Below are positions 39,142 through 51,849 of a stretch of DNA of 64,000 nt, piece by piece. How positions within the stretch are numbered: the first letter of the stretch is position 1; each line of letters starts with the position of its first letter. A program made the position numbers and the translations under genes. Below the pieces are notes generated by a model, which was not told the DNA's origin, ran no database searches, and worked only from the letters and a program-made list of their open reading frames with translations. The stretch is from assembly GCA_965153285.1 (NCBI GenBank), contig OZ229113.1, one strand, 5' to 3'. The stretch comes from Podarcis tiliguerta. Taxonomy: Eukaryota.

Positions 39142-39934
39142 TATATCATTTTTCCTTTGTTTTTCAAGCTTTAATAAAAATAGTTTTTTTAAAAAATACA
39201 GCCTTCTGACAAATATCATCAAATTCCTGACCTACGGATTTCATAACATTTCATTGGGCCCTCTTGACTTTATCGTGATCTGCTACAAATGTCTCGTCTT
39301 CTTCAATAATCAAGGCAGCATGAATACAGAGGTAATGGTGATGGCAGCTGTGGCCAGTACTATCTCTGATGCTTTTTCTAGTAACATTACGTATTTCTAA
39401 TGTGTTCTACTCTTTTTTTATATGTTTGAAGTGGAAGGTGTGCTTGGTTTTCCTAATGTCAATTCATAACTTCCATCAGTTCAATCTTGGGCATCAGCTA
39501 TTTGTTCTTTATTTTCATCAGCAGAGAAAATTATTTCATTTGTTGGCATTGAAGCATTCTGCTTACTTTCCTTCAAGGCTTCTTCTCAAGGCTTCTGCTC
39601 TCGTCTTCTTGCTTTTTGACATGTCTGCTATGCTCAGGCATATATCATATAACTGTAAGTGCTTGGCACTCATTTTTAATGATTTTTATACAATGTTACC
39701 ACATTTTTACACAAAAAAATAATAAGACAAGATTAAAACATAAAAAGTCAATATTTTAATATGGTTATTTATCAAGCAAAACTAAATTATATTAATTTAA
39801 CCCAAATATCTTTTGAATTCCCAAGTCATGTTACAACTTTTTAGCACCCCTCATTTTTGAAATTTGAAATTTGAAATATTCAATAAGGAAAAGAAATGAA
39901 TCAAGATGTTTGAAAACTAATTACAAACTAGTTA

Positions 39935-40288
39935 GGTAAAGGTAAAGGGACCCCTGACCATTAGGTCCAGTCATGACCGACTCTGGGGTTGTGGCACTCA
40001 TCTCGCTTTATTGGCCGAGGGAGCTGGCATACAGCTTCCGGGTCATGTGGCCAACATGACTAAACAGCTTCTGGCGAACCAGAGCAGCACACGGAAATGC
40101 CGTTTACCTTCCCGGCGGAGCGGTACCTATTTATCTACTTGCACGTTGACATGCTTTCAAACTGCTAGGTTGGCAGGAGCAGGGACTGAGCAACGGGAGC
40201 TCACCCCGCCGCGGGAATTCGAACCACTGATCTTCTGATTGGCAAGTCCTAGGCTCAGTGGTTTAACCCACAGCGCCACCCGCTTCCC
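39935..40288 (-). mobile_element. Sauria SINE (subfamily B), full length
   Basis: Exact 12-bp TSD ACAAACTAGTTA at 39923-39934 and 40289-40300. Confidence 0.97.
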
Positions 40289-40346
40289 ACAAACTAGTTA
40301 CTCCAGACTAATTTCAGAACAGTGCCCTCCACCTGCAAATTACAAA

Positions 40347-40505
40347 CAGTATCCTTGCCTGGCAGGATGCGCACCTCAATTTTCAGAACCTTGAAACCAA
40401 AAAGTGTATTTACTGGTGAATGTAAATTTCCATCAAATCTAATGCACACCTTAATTTTTGTAGCGTAATTTGGCCAAGAAATGTGCGCATTAGTTTCGAG
40501 TAAAT
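40347..40505. mobile_element. Degenerate pogo/Tc2-like MITE
   Basis: GTGCGCATTAGTTTCGAGTAAAT end and an ATGCACACCTTAATTTT internal motif like those in 44721-45240. Confidence 0.45.
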
Positions 40506-42341
40506 CAAGAGGTTGAAGTGCCTAGTGAAAACCAGCAGCTAGCAGAATTAGTCCTCTCCAAGCTCCAAGCTGTATTTGTTCAACCCTATTGATCCCACTG
40601 TTATAGTAAATGGGGTCTACACAGTTATATTCACAGTAAAGGTTGAAATGCCATAACAGGCTATTTTCTAGTGGTGTGACATGCGAACATGTTCCCTGGA
40701 ATGGTTAGATCTTCACAGACGACCGTCTCACTTTCAAGGTTTTTTGTGTTGTTGTTTTTTTAAAAAAACCATTCCTGCACACTCATGTTTTCGATCAACC
40801 CGGGAAGAAGAAAATGAGAAGTTGTTTGCACAAGGAAGCCCCTTCCCTCAGTACATAATCCATAATATATTGAACATCTCATAATCCCCGGTTTAGAATA
40901 ATAAAACACATGTCTTTTCGAAGCAGCCACAGCAGTCCTTCTGGGAAAAATAAATGATTAAGTAGAACCACACAAGACTAGCACATCAAGTACTTTGTCC
41001 TCAAGGAAAATAACCTTTGACCAATTATTTTAGAATCATTTCTAAATTGTGGTAATTTCTTTCTTTCATGGGGTATTTGTTTGAAGTCATTGAATTTGCC
41101 CCTTGGCTTATTTTTTCTTCTTCCATTCATTGCTATCCAAAAATGGAAACCTCGATAGAATCAATTATTAAACTTTGTGTTTGTATATGAGTAGTGCCTC
41201 AGACCAGCACTTGGCTGCCAACCAGACTAATAGCATCACAGTATCCAAATAATAACGATTTGAGATATTTTTAGTTGTAAAAGAAGCCTTTGAGACATTA
41301 GTTTCCCAATAACCGAATGCAAAATAATGCCCCCCCCCCTTTCTCTAAATGGATCCTAAACTCTCCATTTGTGACCGGTGATTTTTCTGACAATCAACTG
41401 CAAGGGAACGTGGGTGAGACTGTAGCCCCAGGTGACACAATATTAACTTATATTTAGGCAAAGGGACACACTGTTTCTCCCACTCCCAGCAATGAATGAT
41501 GTGACATTATTTAGAAAGCCAGTGTCTGTTTGAGACAAATACCCATAATAGTGTGAAAGTGTTTTGATTTTGGAGCAGAAAAAGCAAACATATATGTGCA
41601 TCCTGGGGCTTAATGCTGTGAGCATCAATGGCTAGACCTGTTGTTTAAATATACAGAGAAGAAGAAACATGTTAATCCACAGCAGTTTAATGTAATATCA
41701 AAGTCATGAACCTCCTCTTTCTAAAATGTGTGAAACTGCCTTGAGTCTAAACTGAAAAAGTAGAATGTTTCTGGATCTCACAGTTGAAACCCTGCAAAGT
41801 GAAGCATCATCAAAGGTTTCTGAGTAGGGCTACTTTAGGAATATGTGAAAACATTCCTTCTCTTTTTGTGCAGTCTTCCATCTCTCCATGCTTTCAGAAA
41901 ATCACAGGAAGTCAATGGAGTGCCTTTGAAAGCTACATGTGTTCAAATAACCTGTGCCTGTGGAGTTTTTACACACATGCCTTGAAAAAGCTCTTGCATC
42001 AACTCACGCACATTAGAACAGTGGATAGGCTCATGCATGTCTGCCAGTTATGCTTATGGAATATGTGTTCAAATGACCATTGAAAGGCTTATCCAACTGA
42101 CGGCAAGGCATTACTGGTAGGCACCTACACACATGTGCATTTTATTCTGCCTCTATTTTCCCCTGTTCCACAACATGATTGTACAAGAGTTTGTACCTCT
42201 ACACCGACCCCCCTGTGGAAAATAAAAACCAGAGTTGAACTATTCAGAAGCTTCATGATAATTGCCCACACCAATGGAACAACAGGATCCACACCAGAAA
42301 TAAACCATGGCAATTTATTGCAATCCTCCTAAATGTGAAAG

Positions 42342-42675
42342 CCTGGATAATTCAGTTGGTTAGAGTGTGGTTCTGATAAAACCAAGGTTGCAGGTTTGAT
42401 CCCCATATGGGACAGCTGCATATTCCTGCACTGATGTAAATTCCTGCACTGCAAGGGGTTGGACTAGATCAGGCTTCCAAACTTGACCCTCCAGATGTTT
42501 TGAGACTACAATTCCCATCATCCCTGACCACTGGTACTACTAGCTAGGGATCATGGGAGTTGTAGGCCAAAAACATCGAGTTTGAGGAAGCTTGGAGGGC
42601 CGAGTTTGAGGAAGCTTGGACTAGATGATCCTCAGGGTCCCTTCCAACTCTACAATTCTATGCTTCTATGATTCC
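42342..42675 (+). mobile_element. tRNA-derived SINE with a CR1 tail (POM/Squam2-like), interrupted by a MITE
   Basis: Head CAGTTGGTTAGAGTGTGG..GGTTTGATCCC and CR1 3' tail GGTCCCTTCCAACTCTACAATTCTATG. Confidence 0.88.
42470..42618. mobile_element. hAT MITE (URR1-like)
   Basis: 8-bp TSD GACTAGAT at 42462-42469 and 42619-42626. Internal palindrome ACTACAATTCCCATCATCCC / GGGATCATGGGAGTTGTAG. Confidence 0.92.
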
Positions 42676-42999
42676 TACTAGTTACAAAGTGGTATAGCTT
42701 CATCCAGCACCAGCTCGAGTTCTAGCTTCTCTCTAAACCACCCTTCATGGGATTTCAAGAGGAAGGAAGAAAAAGCAACCCAAGTAAACCATCACATGTT
42801 TACACATATTACCATCATCTGCAGAGGTTATTGCAGGTATGAGCTGTTCTGGTTGCAGAAAACAAACAGTTTGTACTGCTCTCAACTAGAGATGAGATGT
42901 CATGCCCTGGTGGAGCCCTGTTCTTCCTGCAGGGTCAAAGTCTGGGGTGGGGAGAAAGAGAGAGAAAAGAAAGACCTGATTCTCTGCTGGAGGTGAGGA

Positions 43000-43373
43000 G
43001 AAATTTAATTCAATTCATGTTTAAAGGCAAATCTACATGATTCACATTTCCCGAACTGAAACACAGCCATCTTTCGAAATCCATACTTCTTTGAATTTTG
43101 TACTGTGGTTCTCCAGGCAAGTAATGTGAAGGAAAATTCTTTAATAGGGCAAAATGTGCATTAAAATGCATATATTGATTAAAATACCATACAAAAATGC
43201 ATTAGATTAGGGGGAAATGCATTGAGAAAATGTATTAGGCAAAGCCGTACACAAAAATGTGTAATTAGAAGAAACTCACAATAAAATGCTCACTGATGTG
43301 GAAATGTGGAGTCCTGAAATTAAGATCGGAAAAAATAGAAACTGAGAGAAGCTGACAGGTCCACACATTTCTA
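43000..43373. mobile_element. Old AT-rich MITE-like repeat
   Basis: Internal AAAATG(C/T)RTATT repeats, related to 8690-8990. Confidence 0.5.
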
Positions 43374-44720
43374 TTCTCTTCATGAATGGTCCTAGGTGGA
43401 TGTCTCAAGAAAGGGCAGGGCAAGCTCATAGGTTGGAAAGGTAAGCTGAGGTTTGTTTTCCAAAAGCATCCAGTGGGTACAGGGAAGAAAGAAGCAGAGG
43501 GCCTGTGAAGACCAAGGAAACAAGAAAAGTTTGTAGGGTCAGGAAGGAGTGTGGGAAGAGTCTATGACAGAGCAAGAAGCAGAGTCTGTGAGATGCACGT
43601 AGTAGATGCAGTCTTACACAGATATTGCCTGCTACTACTTGCTTTGAATTCTTATTCATTGCTCAGAAATGTGACCTATTCATTTATTATTCATAAAATG
43701 TGAAGGAGAAACTTTTTAGGAATCAAGGAAAACAGAGGGATAACCATATGGGTAAAATAAGGCAAAGATCTGAAAGCTACATGGCTTCAGGGAGGCCTAA
43801 AAACCTGCTGTGGCTCACGAAGTGGGCTCCAGACTAGCTTCTCAAAGAACCATCACTTGAATCTACTCTTTGCTGAGACCACTGACCCAATATAAAGGAC
43901 CATAAATCAGTTTTGCAACTCCCAATTCAGCCAGATCCATAGCCCAAGCTGCGGATCACCCATTCATAAGGAGTGAATTGAACCCACCACAGTGAAGTAA
44001 CCAAGGTTCTGTTCAAGAGGACCTGAGCTCTACTGTGGTTGGAGCAGAGATGGCAAGAGGACAAGCTACTTAAATTGTTGGCTTCCTCCGGCATACATTG
44101 AGCCAGCGAGAACTGTTCCAGAAATAACAAAAGCAGGCATGCCAATGTTGGTGCTGATTCAGGAGCCCTCCCAGACTGCTATCATGGGAAGAGCTTTGGC
44201 AGGAATACAAATAGGCTGTCCAACAGAAGGAACTATCGCCAGGTCATTTTCACAACTGCCCTTGCATGACATTGCAACTCAACGAAATTCATCTAATGGT
44301 GAACCACCTCTTTCTTCCACAAATCCTAGTCCCCAAACCACCTCTTTCTTCTGTGAATGCTTTGGCTGAATTGCTGAAGTCCACATCTCCAAATGAAATA
44401 ACGTTTAAGTATGTGCACCTGAATTTGCTTGATTCGGCACTTGTCACCATGTAACTTCCACCCATTCCCTCCCCTCCTCTCCCTCCCTCCCCCCCCCCCC
44501 GTGCCTCTACAGGAAGGAATAATTTTGCCTGAATTAGCCTTTGATTTGTGTAATATATCACTATCCTCTTACAAGTAGTGCTTCTCGGTCTAAAGTTGAC
44601 CCACTTGTATACTAAATGTAACACCATGTTCAGTAGTCTTTTTGTAACATTAATGGCTGTGTGTTTGTTCCTAGCAAGGCCATTTGATGTTTCAATACAT
44701 CTATTTCTTGCAAATGTGTG

Positions 44721-45240
44721 CCGTATTTTTCGCTCTATAGGACGCACCTGACCATAGGACGCACTTTGTTTTAGAGGGGGAGAACAAGACCCCCCCCCTC
44801 TGCTCAGCGCCCCTTCAGCGAAGCGGCAGGAGAAACAGAGCCCCTTCCATTTCTCCTCCTGTTTCGCTGATGGGGTGCTGCACAGCTCTCCCTCTCTGCT
44901 GAAGCCAGGAGAGTCTTGCTCTCCCGGCTTCAGCAAAAGGAACCCAAAGCCTTTGGAGCGCAGCACGAGTTCCCGCTGCGCTCCAAAGTCTTCAGGCGGC
45001 TATCCCTGAAGCCTGGAGAGCGAGAGGGGTCGGTGTGCACTGACCCCTCTCGCTCGGCAGGCTTCAGCAAAAGCAACGCGAAGCCTCCGGAGCACAAGGG
45101 GAGCGCTCCCTCTGCACTTTGGAGGCTTCATGTTGCTATCGCTGAAGCCAAGGAGCCTGCATTCGCTCCATAGGATGCACACACATTTCCCCTTAATTTT
45201 TGGAGGGGGAAAAGTGCGTCCTATAGAGCGAAAAATACGG
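44721..45240. mobile_element. pogo/Tc2-type MITE, young
   Basis: Perfect 27-bp TIR CCGTATTTTTCGCTCTATAGGACGCAC. TA on the right flank and TG on the left. Internal GCTGAAGCC/GGCTTCAGC palindromes. Confidence 0.95.
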
Positions 45241-45323
45241 TACTTCCATTCACGAATGAGAATCTGGTCTCCTGTAGGCAAAGCCAAAGTTAATGACACC
45301 ACACAAGTCACAAGTAAACTATA

Positions 45324-45565
45324 CAGTGGTACCTCAGGTTAAGAACTTAATTCGTTCTGGAGGTCCGTTCTTAACCTGTAACTGTTCTTAACCTGAAGCA
45401 CCACTTTAGCTAATGGGGCCTTCTGCTGCCGCTGCACCGCCGGGCCACGATTTCTGTTCTCATCCTGAAGCAAAGTTCTTAACCCGAGGTACTATTTCTG
45501 GGTTAGCGGAGTCTGTACCCTGAAGCGTCTGTAACCTGAAGCGTATGTAACCCGAGGTACCACTG
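45324..45565 (-). mobile_element. Tc1/mariner (Tigger-like) MITE
   Basis: Reverse complement of 38900-39141, with TA TSD. Confidence 0.95.
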
Positions 45566-46066
45566 TAGATCCAAAATGATCTACCTCAAACAATATAATA
45601 CCAGGGAATGTTAGTTTTTGTAATCTTGGGTGAAGATAACCCAAACTGGAGGTCCTGCAACTCAGAATGAACTATTGCGGTCTGTCAGTTTCTGTTACAA
45701 AATTGGCACTGAACACCAGGAAGGGCTTTGCAGCAGTGCAATATGTGAGGGGTGGGCCGTGGTGGCATCGTCCAAGCTGCTCTGCACTAAACAAAACATT
45801 AAGGCATGGATATCTCTCATACTTTTGAATACACTGTTAAACCAACAGAGCGTAGGCAAAAGTACTTTTAAAGACAAATCTGAGTTTAGGGGCACTTCTT
45901 GACCATTATATTGATGAAATCATTTTACTAGGTTGCTTTTGTTTTGTTTTGTTCTAATTCTAGGTAACTATATTTATATAATTTGATTTTATACGTGTTA
46001 TTTTGCTGCTTGCTTTTACATGTTTGTGAACTGCCTTGCTATTTCGCCTCAGAATTAAGGGCAGTA

Positions 46067-46313
46067 CAGTGGTACCTCGGGTTACATATGCTTCAGGTTA
46101 CATACGCTTCCAGTTACAGACGCTTCAGGTTACAGACTCCGCTAACCCAGAAATAGTACCTCGGGTTAAGAACTTTGCTTCAGGATGAGAACAGAAATTG
46201 TGCGGCGGCAGCGGGAGGCCCCATTAGTTAAAGTGGTACTTCAGGTTAACAACAGTTTCAGGTTAAGAACGGACCTCCGGAATGAATTAAGTACTTAACC
46301 CGAGGTACCACAG
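46067..46313 (+). mobile_element. Tc1/mariner (Tigger-like) MITE
   Basis: TIR CAGTGGTACCTCGGGTTA, with TA TSD. Confidence 0.95.
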
Positions 46314-46442
46314 TATAGAAATTGTGTTAGTAAATAATAATAGCAATAATGTTGACGTTTTCACATTCAGCTACAGCCTTTCCTTAGGGGGGCCCTTACT
46401 CCAATCACCACCTGGTGAGATTGAGCAGAGGGTAGGGCTACC

Positions 46443-46572
46443 TGGGTTGCCCTATTTTGAAGTGGGGGGAAAGAGGAAACATTTTAACTATGGGTTGCTA
46501 TGGCGACTCTCATTTTACATACCCATGAAAAAGAGGACATGTCCTGGGAAAAGAGGGCATATGGCAACGCTA
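46443..46572. mobile_element. Small MITE with GGGTTGCC..GGCAAC termini
   Basis: Imperfect TIR and AAAGAGGAC subterminal repeats. Confidence 0.55.
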
Positions 46573-46611
46573 GCCACTACCATCACATCTGCATTGCCAG
46601 ACAAAGCAGCT

Positions 46612-46684
46612 TGGGCAGAATTGGGGAAAGGTAGACCTCTATACCAGCTGGGCAGAATTGGGGAAAGGTAGACCTCTATACCAG
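46612..46684. repeat. Perfect 36-bp tandem duplication
   Basis: TGGGCAGAATTGGGGAAAGGTAGACCTCTATACCAG twice, separated by one C. Confidence 0.95.
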
Positions 46685-47579
46685 TTCATCCCCTCTCCCT
46701 CTCTGCCCACAGAATGCCACATTAGGGGGCATTTCACTGGCTGACTCCACATTGAGCATGTGGAAGGGGAAGTCTGCATCGCTCCATGACTAGTGGCTAG
46801 TAGGGTAGCAGCAAAGGCTGGCTGGGTGGAGGGAAACCTCTGTTCTATCCAATCCCCCCCACCCCAGCCAATGAAAAGGGGAAGCTAGATTCCTCCGCTA
46901 TATTGTTAAATATTACTCCCTACATTTAAGACTAACTTGAAGGTGACTTTCCACAAGAGACATCATTCATGTAAAATGCCCTCTTTCTGAACTAGCAACC
47001 CATAGTTGTGATATATAAGGAGCAAAATATTTTCAAAATCAATTTGTTTTTTCAAGTATTCTACCCACTGCTCATTGGTCGAAGGTTTCAGCAGATATCT
47101 GGTATATTTCATCTTTGGTTCCATGAAATAAACATCTGACAACTTGATTAACTTGTACATGCTTCCCCTCCGAGACACACACTGCTTGGTGATTCTTAGA
47201 ACTTTTTTGGGGGGAAAGAGATGAACTGATGGTATTTCCATATACAGTTTTGTATACAACATCCATATGCAAATCAAGGAGGAGCCAAATCACATCTTCT
47301 AAAATATATTGAACCCCAAATTAATCAAGATATTGCCTCCTTGGGGTCATTTGGGCATTACATATTTTTCTTCAAACAGCAGCATGAGTAAATTATGTAT
47401 TTACTCTTGCATATTAAAACATTGCCATTTGGGAACTCTTTCCCTGATCCAAGGTTGAATACCTTCATCAAAAAAAGAAGAGCTGTTTCCCTTTCCCCCC
47501 CTCTCTTTTTTAATATAATAGTGATGACTGCAGAGCTAGCATGAAGGCAGCAAACATCAAGGTCTGTCAGGGTTCATCC

Positions 47580-47860
47580 ACACTTCCCTTTGGTTCTCCA
47601 TTTCTAGGCACGGATCCTGGATTTCCAGGTCTGTGTCTGTGCGTTGTGTCAGACCCCGGGGAACCTATTTTTCACCGTTGAAATGGAGCAAATGTCAATC
47701 CACGGAAAATCCAGTTGCCATTTGCTCCCATTCAGCAATAAAGCATAGGTTTTCCTGGGGAAACTGCTAGGACCAATCAATCAATCAATCAATCAATCCT
47801 TGAACATGGAGCTGGAAATCCAGGATCTGTGCCTAGAAAAGCAGAACAAAAGGAAGGGGT
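47580..47860. mobile_element. Palindromic MITE
   Basis: Long inverted arms TTCTAGGCACGGATCCTGGATTTCCAG / CTGGAAATCCAGGATCTGTGCCTAGAA, with an internal (CAAT)n run. Confidence 0.75.
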
Positions 47861-48497
47861 TTTTATTGAAACCTTAATTAAAATATGGCTTTTAAAAGAG
47901 GGGCAGGGGAAGGAGATGTTGCATCTCCCCCCCCACCCCTTCTGACAGAGAGCAGGGGGACCAATTCTGCACATTGCTGCTCCACAGCCAGCTTCCATTT
48001 GCAAAGGAGCATCTTGCACCTTTCAGGATCAAAATCATCTCTTTCTCATGGCCTCAGACAGGAAGGAGAGTCAGGTTATAGTGGGCTCCACCTTCTCCTG
48101 AGAAGACACAGCTGGCAGTCAGGGAGGTCTCAGCCTTTTCATGGGAAGCCCAATGCATGCCTCTCCTTCCTGCCTGAGGCCCTGCTCCCATGACAGCCCT
48201 GTATCCCTTTTGGTCATCCAGATCCCTCACATTTTGAAGCCCAGATCCTTCCAAAGAGGTCTGACTTTGCTTGGGGTTTGGGCCTCAGCCAAATTCAGTG
48301 CACAAGCCCAGCAGTATGACATGTGATTACATAAAAAGAAAGTAAACCTCCACCACCTTCAAAGATCTCCACTTACCAACCATCCAAACAGGAGATAAAT
48401 GCTCTGCTTTTGTAAATAAAAGAAATTTAGCAAAGGTGTCTGTTGCTCCCATTTCCTTGATTTAGAGAAGACGTGTGCATGTTCTACTAACTTAATA

Positions 48498-48859
48498 AAG
48501 GTAAAAGGTAAAGGTACCCCTGCCCGTACGGGCCAGTCTTGACAGACTCTAGGGTTGTGCACTCATCTCACTCTAGAGGCCGGGAGCCAGCGCTGTCCGC
48601 AGACACTTCCGGGTCATGTGGCCAGCGTGACAAGCTGCATCTGGCGAGCCAGCACAGCACACGGAACGCGGTTTACCTTCCCGCTGGTAAGCGGTCCCTA
48701 TTTATCTACTTGCACCCGGGGGTGCTTTTGAACTGCTAGGCTGGCAGGCGCTGGGACCGAGCAACGGGAGCGCACCCTGCCGCGGGGATTCGAACCGCCG
48801 ACCTGACGATTGGCAAGTCCTAGGCGCTGAGGTTTTACCCACAGCGCCACCCGCGTCCC
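48498..48859 (-). mobile_element. Sauria SINE (subfamily A), full length, CpG-rich
   Basis: Exact 13-bp TSD TACTAACTTAATA at 48485-48497 and 48860-48872. Confidence 0.98.
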
Positions 48860-50443
48860 TACTAACTTAATAGAACAGCTATATTTACATATAAGGGCTG
48901 CCTCAATCTGTTCCAATCTTCTTGGTTAATTGTATTATTGCTGTTATAAATTCCTTATGCATCTAACTAATTTTTATGTGGCAGTTGGAATATTAGGTGC
49001 TTATTTATTTATTTTGTTGGCTCCACTACCCCAGTATTGATGGATGAATCTTTGCTTTAGTGCTTGCCAACCTCAACTTCTCCAGGTCAGGCTAACAGCT
49101 GCGGTCTATAAGTTGGATTTTAACATGTATAACCCTGTTGCTAGTCAGTCAAACAGATTTGGAAAGTCCCTTGCCTTACTGACCTGTCCGTTTAATTAAC
49201 TTGAATAGCTCCCATTAATCAGTGGGTTTCACCCCAAGCAGCTGAAGACACAAAGGGAAGCCAACGGTGCGTTCATTATATTCATCACAGAAAAAAGTAT
49301 TGGCAACAGTGTCATTAATAAGAATTTGAATTGCAGGCATTATTACTGAATGCATAATTATTATGCATTATTATCTGAGCTGATTATTATCCACTTTCTG
49401 GTACTTTGGTAAAGGACTCAAATTGAGGTTTTGGAAATGGTCATGAATTTATATACCTCCACTCCCTCCCCTGCCATTGTTTTACCTAAAGGCCGCTGGG
49501 TTAAACACACTGGTAAAGGAAAGGGAGGGAGTGTAGCCTGGCAAGAAATGCCAAACACAAGGTTAAAGCATAAATTATACCCAAGACTGGTTTAAATTAA
49601 CCTGCCCTCTTATCTCAGCTGTTTGCAGCAGAGCATATGCAGGATATAATTTCACTGCAGCAAATGTCATCTATAGAAGGGAAATCGGACCCTCCTCTTC
49701 TAAACAAGGTCAGTAGTTAAGGAAAAGGCGGCTGCTCTCATTAGAAAGTGGTGGACCCAAGGGCTTGACTAAATTGCCTCAAAAGTGCAAAGGTTAATAA
49801 CATTCCTCCTTTCCTCAGCTGAAGAATTTACAAAGGGAAGAGGGCTGGTTTCAAAACAGATCAGCACCCTGGTTGTTAGATTTATTTTCCTGGAAAAAAA
49901 CTACAGTCTTTTCTTTGCAGATAACTAACAGGCAACCCTCAACATCTATTACGTGAATGTGAAACTTCTGGTGGTGGGTAGACGCGAGGTCATGTTGTGT
50001 AGGGCACCCAGGCCAGCCTGGGCCCATCGGCAGGTGCATATTGAAACTTAGGCAGAAGGCAAGGCAACCAAAAGCAGGTGTAGCCAGAGCCAGTGACAGG
50101 CCAAGTCCATTAATTCTAGTTTTGCCACCATCATCCTCCCGTGTGGGTTCTACAAAGGCAACATGGAGCCCCTAGACTGGTTGTAAGCAGGAAGGCAGAC
50201 AGGTGGAGGGCTGGCTGAGGGCCAGACTGATGTCGGTGGGACAGCAACCCGGTTGCTCTAGGGGGGCCAACCTCCAGGGGAGGTTAACAAAATTCTAGAT
50301 GGCGTAACTTCAGGCGATGGTTGTCAGAGAGTGGTTACAGTTGAAGGCTCAACCAAGCAAAGCAGATATGCACACCAATGGAACTGATCACAAATAGCAC
50401 ACCGGACAGAAAAGCTTAGCATAGTGCTCTCTGCGCTGTGTTA

Positions 50444-51219
50444 GTTGCGTGTCGAGGTCCCCAAGCCACCCCTCAAATAATTCACAACTCACACATAATT
50501 TTTGTTTAAGGTTTTCGGCATAATTTTGGCCACAACTTTATTAAAATACATAAATATGAGTGGTTGCTTAGGCATTGGTTAAGACTATCTGTCCTCCCAC
50601 CTGGGGACAGAACTGACGTCCGGATTCCAGTGAAAGCCAGTAAGGGAAAACAATATTGGGGAGAAATGGAGCTGAGCCACAGGCCCTCACCTCTCCCCGC
50701 GGCTTGCCGGTCCTAGCCCCATTCCAGGGATCCAGATGAAAGCATGGCAAACCCCTGGATTCCTTTAACAGAATTCCCTTTCAGCAGCAGCATTGGAAGG
50801 GCAGGCCCAGCCAATCCTTACCCCTCCTCCAATCAATTTGATAACCAATGCCTAACCTCAAACCTTACAAGTTGTGACGATTTGCTACGTAGTAGGCAAA
50901 AACTAAATGGCCCAGCCAATAAGCCAGATGGACAAAATTCCTACCAGGCCCCTGCCCCAAAAGCAAACAACCCCATGACAGGCATAGCAAGGTCAACGCA
51001 ATAGCCCTAGATTAGGGAGGGTGGGTGGGTGATCCGGGGCATGCAGCGAAAGAGAAAGCTCCAAGCTTTGTGCACAGAATATAAAACCTTTGATCCCTCC
51101 CACCAAATTGGAAACATAGAAATTACCCCAGCAACCCAATCATCCAATAGTTGCCACTGCCCAACCCTGCCTGGCAACAGAGAGGTGGCCTGTCAGACCC
51201 CAACTCAACACGTGCTCTC
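50444..51219 (-). mobile_element. LTR-like non-coding element, copy 2 (possibly DIRS/Ngaro-type)
   Basis: The minus strand runs GAGAGCACGTGTTGAG ... AATAAAGTTGTGGCC ... GACACGCAAC and has the same conserved blocks as copy 1. Confidence 0.78.
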
Positions 51220-51568
51220 TATGAGGGAGAACACGCTCCGTCGACTTCCCTGTGATCTTTGGATGAATGGCAGTATCTAATAAATCTAATATCTAATAAC
51301 TAACATCTAATAAATAGTAATAGTTAGCTTTTCTACCGGCTGGTACTTTTTTATGAGCGTAAACACTAAAAACACTAGTCCATGTACAATCTGAAGTGGC
51401 TCCATCCAGAATTTTATCAGCTCAGCACAGAATTTTATCAGAGAGCCAGCTTACCTGGTTTCCCAGTGCTGGCATTGATGCACAGGGAGTGGGCACTGTG
51501 CGGGCAAGGGGCAGAGCCAATCCTCCCCTCCTGCAGCTGCACCTACTGATCTCCTCCTCATGGTGACT

Positions 51569-51849
51569 GGAAGCCAATGTGGTGTAGTGGTGAAGAGCAG
51601 TAGTCTCATAATCTGGTGAACCGGGTTTGATTCCCTGCTCCTCCACATGCAGCTGCTGGGTGACCTTGGGCTGGTCACACTTCTCTGAAGTCTCTCAGCC
51701 CCACTCACCTCACAGAGTGTTTGTTGTTGGGGGGGAGGGGAAAGGAGATTGTTAGCCGCTTTGAGACTCCTTTGGGTAGTGATAAAGTGAGATATCTAAT
51801 CAAAACTACTACTCCTCCTCCTCCTCTTCTTCTTCTTCTTCTTCTTCTT
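51569..51849 (+). mobile_element. Squam3-like tRNA/CORE SINE with a (CTT)n tail
   Basis: Head TGTGGTGTAGTGG..GGTTTGATTCC and core GGGTGACCTTGGGC. Highly similar to 58846-59125. Confidence 0.93.

Noticed and set aside
44289-44966. 225-aa minus-strand ORF
   Set aside because: It starts inside a MITE, crosses its TIR into flank, and has no recognisable domain.
46963-47293. Possible old L1 ORF2 fragment
   Set aside because: The resemblance is faint and no diagnostic motif is intact.
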